From: Paragordius varius
Lineage: Eukaryota > Animalia > Nematomorpha
Direction of reading: 5' to 3'
DNA length: 64,000 nucleotides
Assembly: GCA_964247055.1 (NCBI GenBank)
Contig: OZ176054.1
Location: 7,874,001-7,938,000 of the forward strand
A program made the position numbers and the translations under genes. Numbering within the stretch: the first letter of the stretch is position 1; the number at the start of each line of letters is the position of its first letter. The notes beneath the pieces were generated by a model. It had not been told where the DNA came from and did not search any database. It saw nothing but the letters and a program-made list of their open reading frames with translations. Shown in pieces: positions 11,544 to 22,228 of the stretch.

Positions 11544-13684
11544 ATGTCAACCGATGATGATTACGATAAACCAGTAAAATATGGGGAGCTAATTAGAGAC
11601 TTAGGCACCCCTAATACATTTTCATATTATACAAAAAAAATCATATATAATTTGTTTGTTGTGCCATCTGATAAAATACGTAAAATATTATATTTTATAT
11701 TAGATTCATGGATATTGTCACAAAGAAGACCGCCTGAACCCTATTATCACAGAAAATTTAATCGTGTGAAAACTTATGATCAATGTTATACAGATGATGT
11801 TTTTTGTCAGACCGAAGCTGATTTTCAGTATCGTGTGGATAAGTATTAAATATCATTCATTGCTTAGAGAGGTAGACTCTATTATTGTAAATCTCTTGCA
11901 AAAACGAAGAGCTCATTGTCTTATGTATTTTCGAAGAGAAGGTGTTCTTAAATGCGCAAAAGTTATCAAAGATTACGAAACTGCTGCCCTAAATTTCTTT
12001 GTTAAATGTAATTATCACATTTTTGCATTATTATTTAAACTTAGAGTTTTATTAAGTTAAAATTCAATAACAAAACTTTCGCTAAACAATTAAAAGGAGT
12101 TACTTTTTATTTTTAAATAGGTAAAATCATATAAATTGGTAAAATCAAATCAATAATGAGAATGTATATTTATTTATAACTTAAGAACTGATGCCTATTT
12201 CACCATTCACCCTGTGATTCAATAATTGCACACAAATTAATTTTAAGCAGCCGTTTACAGCGGTCGCGAATTCAGCGATTTTTGGATTTGGGTAGCGAAA
12301 AAGTTCCCTCATAGTAACCATTTCCCAGTTCAAATAACCAGTCAATCAACGTTTTCCCAATCTTTTAAAACGGATTAACAGTCAAGAAAACCATTTTCCT
12401 AATGAATAATTTAAATTTATAGATTATTTTAGAGAATATAAAAATTATTTTCGCTATAGTTTAGTATTTTTTTCCTTTTACCCCATACATCTTTTTAAAA
12501 ATATTAATAAATTTAGATAATAAAAAAATGAAAATAAATTAAATTATAATAAAATACAAAAATAATAAACAATGCCAAAAATATATATTTTATTGAATTT
12601 ATTATAGTTTAGCTCAGAAACACATAATTTATTTTTAAGGTGAATTTGAAATATTTAAAGAATTTGAAATGTTTAAAGGAAAATTTAAAATGTTTGGGTA
12701 AATTCGAGATATAAATGGATTAGTAAAAAATATAATTTAATGAGAATAAGTCATTTATTGTTTTAATATTTTTCACATATCGGAGTAGCGTTTTGATTGA
12801 CTGAAACGTTTTTTAGGCTGTGAAATGTATTCTATCACTGAGATCAATTATTGACAAATTAGAAAATGAAATAAGCATTACCTGACAAAGATGTTAATAT
12901 CATTCCATTATGGGGTCAAATTTTATTAATGTAACATCCATGTTTCACAAATAAATAATAAAATAAAAATCTCAGTATTTTAGGCATGTAGGCAGGTATT
13001 ACATTGATAAAGATGATATTAAACGCCACTAAAAAATCCATGTAGGAATATAATTGCGGTCCATTTTAATATTATCGTTAACATAAACTTTCAAGCAGCC
13101 ACCATCTATATATTAATTTATTTTCAGCCGTTAGGGGGCTCAAAATATTATACAGAATTTGGATATCTAACTAATACTATGCGTTTAGTAGTAAAATTTC
13201 AAACTATAATCACCAGATGCAAAATAGCTAAACCCCATCTTTCTATAGAGGTAAAAAAATAAAAAATTATTTATAATATTCCTGATATACGGCTTAGCTA
13301 TTTACAACCTAAACAAAATTTATTAACCGCATGCTTTGTGAACACCGTCAATTAAAGACAGTATAGTTATAATTGTAATTTCATCGCAACGTATATGCGA
13401 TATCTCATTTTTGGCAATATACTGCGAATTATTACAATTCAAAATATTTAATGGTCTTTGGTGAGTATTAACAACATAAATATATAATTTATCTACATAT
13501 ATACTGTTTTTTAGATGGTGACATTGGTATCCGAAGTAGTGCTCGTTACGCTTATATGAAACAAAAACATAGAATGATTTGGGAACGTCGGCATAAGAAA
13601 AATCTAATTGATGGATCCCCCAAAACAGATGAGCCAAACCAAACATTAAATCACAATGAAAACAATAGAGATGAATTTAGTTAA
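11544..13684 (+). CDS. NDUFB10: NADH dehydrogenase 1 beta subcomplex subunit 10 (PDSW)
   Basis: YYHRKFNRV..C..DD..C..EAD.Q...DKEVD..I...L..R...C, then YGDIG..SSAR.AYMKQKHRMIWERR. Introns at 11680-11703 (24 nt), 11843-11867 (25 nt) and a ~1.5-kb third intron. Confidence 0.9.
12637..12722. repeat. Degraded fragment of the foldback MITE seen at 23387-23748
   Basis: GGTGAATTTGAA-type units followed by TAAATGG, similar to the right arm at 23655-23748. Confidence 0.5.
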
Positions 13685-13891
13685 CTTTTGGGGTTATTTT
13701 ATTTATAGCTTCATAATATAATCGATTGTTTGTAATTTAGTTTAACAATAAATAGATGATACATAAATTGGATAATCGTATAATACATCATTTATTGAAT
13801 AAAGGTATAATATATATTACAAAACATATTCATTTTAACAGTAGTCCTAGAGATATAATAGTTTGGATAGTCCCATCATTGTATACGTTTT

Positions 13892-16538
13892 TCAACGACC
13901 TTCAACTATACAAAAAAATAAATTTATAAACATGTCCACCAATATAATATAATGAATAGGGTATAAAATTTAATTATTTACTGTATGTTGAAATATCAAT
14001 TTCATCAGGCAATTGGCTGATGTTGACATCGAATCGTTCCTGGACCTGCTTGAGAATGACATCGTCATTCTTGTCAGAAACAAAAGTTATGGATAAACCC
14101 TTGGTCCCAAATCTGCCGGCTCTTGCCACCTAGAATATATCATGACATAATTTTAAAGTATAAAAAAAATTTATCCCGATTTTAAAAAAATAATGTCTAA
14201 AAACAAAATATACCCTGTGCAAATACATGTCAGAGCTATCAGGCATATCATAATTGAAAACGATGTTGACCCGTTCGATATCCATGCCACGGCCAAACAA
14301 ATCGGTAGCAACTAAAATTCGTTTTTGGAAGTCTTTGAATTGTTTGTAACGGGACAAACTACATGTTATATTATATATAGTCAAGCTTGCTTGTATATGG
14401 TAAGGAATTCAATAAGGTATAAATCGTTTAATAAATTTTATTTTGCTGTAAACATATGTTAAAATCGTACCGTTCAGGCTGAGACATAGCTCTGTGAATG
14501 GCTATGGCAGGAAAATTTTGTTCGCCTAAAAGTTCGGCTAAAGCCATGCATCGTTGAATTGATTTGACGAAAATTACGACCTATAGTTAAATAAGAATTT
14601 ATTAATAATTATAAAAATAATTTAATAAACAACAAAACCAAGATTTCAAACCTGATTAAATTCCAAGAGATCAAGTAATTCAAAAAGCTTTCGGTTTTTT
14701 TCATTGTCCTTCAGTTCGACGTAATGTTGCCTGAGTCCGTGGAGTGTAAGTTTGGAGTCATCATCAACGTATATTTCCAGGGGCTAAAAAATTAATATAT
14801 ACACATAACAAAAAATAATTTTGCCATTTTGACTATTTTATATATCAATGGCAAGTTGTCTCACAACTTCGAATATTAGCGCTGAGGGATAATTCATGTG
14901 AGTACGTATTATCAAAATATCTTTAGGGCATGGTTTTCTAACGCACCTCGATACCACGTATCATGTTGTGCCGCAACATTGCAAAATTGCTTTTAATCGA
15001 CCATACAACACATATATCCGGCAAAAATTACAAAATTAGTTTATCCTTTGATTCAAAAGTTTTAATGGGCGCCGATTTACATGATCGGTATATAAATGCC
15101 AAAAAATGTTTTATGTTCAAACACAATTGAATGTGTCATCCAAAGAGAGAGCAAGCAAATCGATTAAGTTACGCGACCAATAACACATATTCCATTATAT
15201 ATTTATCCAAATTAAAAAAGGTAGAGGATATGTTTGAATGATAAGTATGTATGTATGAGATAGATAGGTATAGTTAGAGGGTACAAAGTAGTAGTAGAAG
15301 TATTTACATCTTGCATAAATTTTTTGCAGATTGGGCGAACACTTTTGCTCAGAGTTGCGCTAAACATCATAACTTGTTTGGCATGTGGTGTCATGCGAAA
15401 TATGTCTTGAACATCTTTTCTCATATCTATAAATGTGCATAAATACAGTATATACATCAATATTATTTCATTTGTAGGAGCGCACTTATAGAAGAAAAAA
15501 ATAATTATTGGCTTTATTTTGCGCATAAAAAATACATTTTTTCGCTTTATCTTATTAATAGCCAATTATAGTGCTCTTTACTATAAATGTTACCTGGCAA
15601 TGTTTACCAACATGTTTTTACTCATGCTGTGAATCAATAATAAAAAGCAAATATTTAAGAACCTAATGTATTATTATGTTAAACTTAAATAAACACAAGA
15701 CAAAATTTCCATTTCCGTATGGAAAAAAATGAAACTAAAAGATTCTAAAAGTATGAAGCTAAAAAATAGGAGTATTAATATGTAAAAAAATCAAACCCAG
15801 TTCTTCCAGCATCTTATCGCATTCATCCAAAACAAAATGCTTAACGTGTTTAAGAATAAGAGCACGCGATTTACATAGGGCTAAAATACGTCCGGGGGTA
15901 CCTACAACAATGTGCGGGGAAGTTTTTGGATCTTTGAGAATTCCTTCATCAGTGGTAATAGGAACCCCGCCAAAAAACACTGCAACTCGTACTCCGGGCA
16001 TGTATTTGCAAAACCTCTCATATTCCTTACCAATTTGAAATGCTAATTCTCGTGTGTGGCACATCACTAAAACGGAAACCTAAATGGTTAAAGAAAAATT
16101 TATATATTTTTCAAAATAAGCAAAAAAATATAAAAAATACCTGATTATCTACAGGTTCTAATTGTTGCAGAGTAGCAAGAACAAAAACCGCAGTTTTACC
16201 CATGCCAGATTTTGCCTGACAAATGACATCCATACCCAAAATTGCTTGTGGGATACATTCATGTTGAACTGAATATATTTAGATATTTATATACCTTCAG
16301 ATGGATGTTCAAAACCACAATCCTGTATAGCACGAAGTAGCTCGGGTTTTAGCAAAAAGTCTTTAAAACTAGAACTATGTATTGACACATAGGTTCCTTT
16401 AATGTCTTTTTTCTTTAATGTCCCATTAGTAATTCCAGCAGAATTTTGTGCATTCTTTAGTCCAATTCCAGAATTGTTTTGACTAACCACAACCTGTTCT
16501 TCTTCTTCATAGTCTAAAAGTTCGTTTTCGTCAGCCAT
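13892..16538 (-). CDS. DDX39B: Spliceosome/export RNA helicase UAP56 (DDX39A/B family)
   Basis: [58 protein letters not shown] box, [34 protein letters not shown] and [12 protein letters not shown]; ends EGR*. Confidence 0.98.
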
Positions 16539-16602
16539 ATTTTAGTGTCGTAACAAATAATTATGGTGTTGTGATTGTAGAATTCAAAATGAAAAAAAAT
16601 AA

Positions 16603-17160
16603 CACTTGGATACCATTTAGTCCTTCGATTCAAATTGGGGTAGTTAATTACCCCAGGCCTGTTTAAAATTAAATTCTTAAAATTATCCAAGGAATCAAAA
16701 CCAGCAAAATTTTTCACGTATATAACTTAATAAACCGAAATATATAAAAAATTTTATTCAAAAATACTAGATATAACTTATTTTAAGCTAAAACCGAAAG
16801 GTAAAAATTTCGTCAACGTGACATGTTTGAAATGGTAAAATTAAAAAATAATACAAAATAAACCGCTTTTTCTATTTCTATCAATGTTAGATGTAATTTA
16901 AATAAAAATTAGCTTTAATTTTACCCTTAAAATTAAATGAAGACGATTGTAAAAATTTTGTAAAGAAAAAATGGTGGAGAAATAGTTTTACATGGAACTT
17001 TTTAAGAAAACAAATTTTCAAGATATTTTCTCTTTTTATTTTAATTTATATTAGGATAGAAGCATAAATTTAATTTGGGACAGTTTCCTTCGTAGTTTTT
17101 TAAAAATCCAAACTCAAATTTAGTCTGGGGTATTTAGATACCCCAAATTAAATCGAAGTA
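16603..17160 (-). mobile_element. piggyBac-type MITE, family A, 64 nt upstream of the DDX39B ATG
   Basis: CACTTGGATAC.. at 16603 and ..AATCGAAGTA at 17160, with the internal sequence in reverse orientation. TSDs are degenerate (ATAA/TGAA). Confidence 0.85.
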
Positions 17161-17291
17161 TGAAAAAAATTTATTATTTAATGGTTAAATTTCTATGCAT
17201 GAGTCTTTAAAAAAAATTTCATATTAATATAATATCGATTTAATAGCCACTTAAAAATTTTAGGCAAATATTTTAGAAATATTTCTATAAC

Positions 17292-17345
17292 AGTGATGCT
17301 CAAACCGCGTCCAACGGGCCGCATGCGGCACCTAAAGTGCTTTTT
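17292..17345 (+). mobile_element. Left end of a hAT (Charlie/Buster-type) MITE, relic
   Basis: CAGTGATGCTCAAACCGCGTCCAACGGGCCGCATGCGGC, preceded by TTCTATAA (nnnTAnnn). Related to 5459 and ~47133. Confidence 0.5.
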
Positions 17346-18285
17346 TATGTATTTATTTTGAATAAATATATGTAAATGTGTCAAATAGCAATAAAGAAAT
17401 TGTCATTCTATGGGGGAAAAGGATGACCATCGTGGACCCGTTCAAGTTTTTTGGCATAATCCAAGAATCTTGCGCTAATAATTAGTGAAAATTGTTTGGT
17501 CTTCATTCATATCCCCCATATTAAAACTTTGAACTTTTTAAAAGGTTTTCGGGAATACCTGTTGATTAGAATTCAACATATTTAATTTAAAAGGGGGCCG
17601 AATGAGCAATTTAGCCTCTGTACCTCTTTTGTTGTTAAAAACCTAAGTTCCGATCGAAAATGTTTTCTTGGTAAAATATGTCCATTCAGTTTAACGAATT
17701 TTTTGACACACCGAAGTTTTGTTGTGCCCCGCTCCTGCGATTTGATTTAAAGCAATTTTCGTAAATTCGTATAATTCAAACCCTTATTTATTCTTTTTAT
17801 CTCCCAAGTAAAATTATTACGAAAATGATTTAACCACTTTTGCAATTGGCCTTTCATATCCCTCTGAAAAAAGTTTTTTCGATATTGATTTTGGACAATT
17901 TACCGAAAAATTTTCAATTTCATTCGGAACTAAATTTTATCAATTATAATGGTTCCCTAAGTGACTGGATCATTTGTTTAACACTTCGGTACAACACATT
18001 CATTTCAGTCCTTCCATTTGGGGTCGTAGGATATCCCAGGCCTGTTTAAAATTAAATACTTTGAAAAATATTAAAGGAATCGAAACCATAACAAAAGTTT
18101 GCACTTGTATTATCCAAAATATAAAAAAAAAATTTAAAATTACTATATAATATATTATAAGGTAATAACAAAGGTAAAAATTTAATCACATGACATGTGC
18201 ATAGATTTAAAAATAATACGAAATAAACCACTTTTTCTCTTTCTATCAATGTTAGATGTGATTACCTTTAATTTTAGCTTAAAAA

Positions 18286-18995
18286 CACTTCGATTCAGAT
18301 TATGATATCTAAATACCCCAGTCAGTTGATAAACTACTGGAAGAAACGGTTCCAATTTAAATGTATACTTCTATTTAAATAAAAATTATATAAATAAGCC
18401 AAATATCTAAATAAATTTAGTTTTGGAAAAAAGTTTCGTCTCAAACTATTTTTATTATAGAACATTTTCGCAAAATGTGTTTAATTGATTCTAAGCCTAA
18501 AATTCAATTTACTTTCTTAAAAAATCACATTTAACATTGATATATACAGAAAAAGTGCTATATCTTGCATTATATTTATATAAAGCTTATGCACAGTCAT
18601 GTTCGCTAAATATATCAAGTATTTTTAATGATTTTTTTATTATATTTCGGTTTAAATGTTATATAAGTGCAAGGCGTGACAGTATAGTTATAGGTAGGGC
18701 GCCGGACTCTTCCACTGTGCCACAATACCGACCCCGACCTACGATTTTCCCATCATCACTGTCAGCCCTGGGTTGGCGAGTGTTAAAAAGTATATTGTCC
18801 GGATACAATTTAAGTCCTCTCTTTAATAAAAAAAGAAAAAAAGAGACTCTAAACTGTATATTTTTATTTTTATTAATGTTATATAAGTGCAAACCTTTGC
18901 CATGGTCCATATCAAATACTTAATTTTAAACAAACCTGGGGGATCTAACTACCCCAATTCGAATCGAACTGAAATAAATGTGCTGTATTCAAGTG
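18286..18995 (+). mobile_element. piggyBac MITE family A nested in the previous copy, carrying a 202-nt insert
   Basis: CACTTCGATTCAG at 18286 and TGTATTCAAGTG at 18995; the forward body is colinear with 48656-49226 except for the insert. Confidence 0.8.
18673..18874. other. 202-nt insert with a GC-rich core, bounded by 18-nt direct repeats
   Basis: AATGTTATATAAGTGCAA occurs at 18655-72 and 18875-92, and occurs only once in the other family A copies. Confidence 0.75.
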
Positions 18996-20749
18996 CTAAA
19001 TAACAATATTTTGCAAAAATGTCGTAAAATAAAAATGGCGCTGAAAGTTTGATATGGAACTTTTTTTAAAACTAAATTTTATTTTAATATTTTGGCTTAT
19101 ATATTTAATTTTTATGAGGATGGATGCATAAATTTAAATAAGGAGCGTTTAGTTGAGTGGTTTTTTTGAAAATATGAAATTTAATAGAGTGCCACAATTT
19201 GAATCGAAGTGTTTAATTAATACATTAATTTATATAGATGCTAATCAAAATCGGATTTTTGAACCAATATTGATTTTGCAGTAAATTTTTGGAAAACGTG
19301 CAGCCCTATTCAAATTCAATATTGAATTTTAATTTTAAAAATGGAGGCCTACCGCACATTTGTTACTTTCCTTGTTTAGCCCCACCATTTGATAAATAAG
19401 GGTTTTGAAATTTTTATTTTAATACAATTTTCGGAAAATGTGTATGTCTACGAATTATAAGGGTAGAAATTTTTAAGAATGCGCCGAGTACGATTAATCC
19501 ATTTTTGAATACGTCCCTTAGTTCACCCCCATTTTTCTGAAAATGGGTTTTTGAAAAATATGGGATGAGGATGGGGCCATTTTTTAATTTAGCTCTTTTT
19601 TACGTCTCTCCAAAATACTGCCTTGTGCAAAATGACTAACTCTCAAATTTGGAGTATTTCCCGAAACATAAATATAGGGGATGGATTTGTTAATGAGGCT
19701 ACTTATTTTTCTCATAAAATTAAGGATACTAAGCGTTTCGTTAGGGATGATTCACTTCCTTTATACCAGGATTAGAGTGTGAAACACACTGGGATTCCTA
19801 TATCCTGGTTTTTCGTTCTCTTCATAGCTAAGATTATGGTTTTTTAGAGCCCTTAGTCTTAGCCTGTGTGTAAATACAATATCATAAAATAAAACTGTTA
19901 ACCAATTTTTTAAAAGCACATATAAGTTGTAATAGCAATAAAATGGGTGAATGAACCCGTAAAGGGATGGCTAAAGACATTTTAATAAAATATATGTTCA
20001 TAGTTAAAAATATCTTTATCTCCGATTCCTCGCTTTATTTCAATTTATTAGACCGATTCACTAATTATCGTTTAGAGTTATGACTAATTCACAGCAACAT
20101 GTGACAAGACTTAAAATATATCATAAAATATATAAAATACATTTAGAAAAAACAGTATTTATGTTAATTTCATTTTAAGTGTGAGCCAAAGCCTCAAATG
20201 TTTCGACCCTCTGAAATGGCTGGTTTACTTTAAATAATAATCGTGAAATTGCTGAGACGCTATAACAAGTTTTGATATACAATAGATTATGACCTCAAAA
20301 TATTTTTAAAAATTCACTATCCTTAAAAAAATTAGCTTACAAACACTAACAAAAAATGTAAGATTTCCACCCACAATGAAATTAAATGGATTTTGTAAAT
20401 CAAAAATTGGTAGTTGCAAAAAATTGTTTGAACTATCAGAGATTGCAGAGAAAATATAACACAAAATGAAATATGAATATAATGAATTATTTATTATATA
20501 ATTTATGTGTTACAATAAGTTTTTAGATTATAATTAATAACAAGCTGTGATGTGCGTCGCCTAACTTAGTTGACACTATCATTGTGTCAATTATTTTAGC
20601 ACTAAAATAAAAAGTATCTTCTAAAATACGTTATTTTTTGGAGGCGTAAAGACTCTATAACATGAGTACTCAAAACGCGGTCCACTGACCGTACGCGAAC
20701 ATACTGTTTTTTTTTGGCAAATTAATTATTTAATTTTTTAAAGTACTTA

Positions 20750-20925
20750 TTTTGAATGTGTGTGTGTTATTGCTAAGTCGATGTCGACTTTTTGCAATAT
20801 TATAAATAAAACTTCTCCATACGTTGCGATTTTTAGTTTTAATGTTAAGTTTTGCCAAGGTTGCATTGGTTTCTTGCAAAATATTATCCATCCATTTTGA
20901 ATGTGATATCTGCAAATGTGTCAAA
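20750..20925 (-). mobile_element. 3' end relic of an RTE-clade non-LTR retrotransposon
   Basis: KWMDNILQET..L..L...KNRNVWRSFIYNIAKSRHRLS resembles the RTE/BovB ORF C-terminus (WR..V..VAKSRTRLS). Confidence 0.7.
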
Positions 20926-22228
20926 CATATAATTTTTTTGGTATTATATGGAGCCTTAAGATAAGATTAAAAAAATTGCAGCCCTTTAAATTTTTTTGGT
21001 GAGTAACATTGCAGGTGTGAAATATAATTTTTACGTTATAAAATCGAACAACTAAGATAATTTTTCATATATATGGACTTATTAATTCCAAGTTGCACTG
21101 ATTTAATAGTGTATTTATGTGAGGTGGGGCTCTAACCATGGCTTATTAGAATTAATTTGAATTAAAACTTTGTATTTATATTGAAACTACTATGTATTTA
21201 TGTGGTCTAATATATTTCCAGAATTTCTTATATACTCATTAAACACCAGAAATTCTTATTTACTCATTAAACATAATATCCCTATTCAAGGACAAATTAT
21301 GAAGGTCGCGACATAATTTTTTTCTGTATATTGGTAATATATGGTTATATAGATTTTCCAAAAAATGCTTCAAAGCCATGATATTTCTATATGGTGACGT
21401 ATTTAACAGGAGCCCTACCCAACGCCTTTAAAAAGGTGAATAAGATATTTATGCGAAACATTGGTACACCTTTATTTCGATTACTTTTGAGTTGCGTTGG
21501 GTAGCAATTAAAAGGTAATTTTTTACAAATGCTCATAAACTCATTTTTCTGGGGCAAGTCTGTAAGATGGAGCCACTTAGTTTTCGTTCATAACTCAGAT
21601 ATTTGTTTTTATGATACAAAAATAAGAAGATACGTCTTTTTGATCGCACCTTGAAATCTAAAAAATGTTTATATAAATTTTATTATCAATCAGTTAGGCG
21701 TATATTACTCGTGTTAAAGACAACATACTATACATAGCATTTTTCGTTGTATCTATTAAAAAAATTGTTTGATCGTGGGCAAGAATCTCTAATTGATCCA
21801 TTGTTTTAATCAATCAAGTTTTTAAGAGTGAAAACTACCCTTATAATTGTCCTAAAATAAACTTAGTTAAATAATCGGCACGCATAAATATATTGTTGGT
21901 TCAGTATTAAAAATATTGACAATAAAATCAATAAATTTTTATTTTACTTATAACTAAATATCTTTAGCTGAAAGGCACAAGTTTTATAAATATATATACT
22001 TTGGCAGCGTTTTTTATGTAGCTAAAAAACCATTTTTGTCCCATAAAGTATAATTAGAACAAAATTTGAGAGGGGTAATAAAAAAGTCTTATTTTATTAA
22101 AATAATGCGTAGATCAATAAAATTGATTCATCATTTCATGACCGTTATTTCAAATGAAACTCTAACTTTATAATTTTTAATATATCTAAATTGTTAAATT
22201 ATAAAATTATGATATAAATAGAAATAAT

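Larger units (their letters stand above)
17982..19211 (-). mobile_element. piggyBac MITE family A copy split by insertion of a second family A copy
   Basis: TTAA|CACTTCGGTACAAC at 17982. The reverse-oriented body stops at ~18280, resumes at ~19000 and ends AATCGAAGTG at 19211. Confidence 0.75.

Noticed and set aside
13323-13646. 107-aa minus-strand ORF as a gene
   Set aside because: It is the antisense shadow of the NDUFB10 last exon.
15588-15600. U1 snRNA gene (TTACCTGGCA on the plus strand)
   Set aside because: The rest of U1 (stem-loops, Sm site) is absent; it is simply the complement of a strong 5' splice site.
18676-18770. C/D snoRNA (minus-strand GTGATGA) or intact tRNA
   Set aside because: No CTGA box D precedes the closing stem, and there is no T-arm GTTC or acceptor-stem partner.
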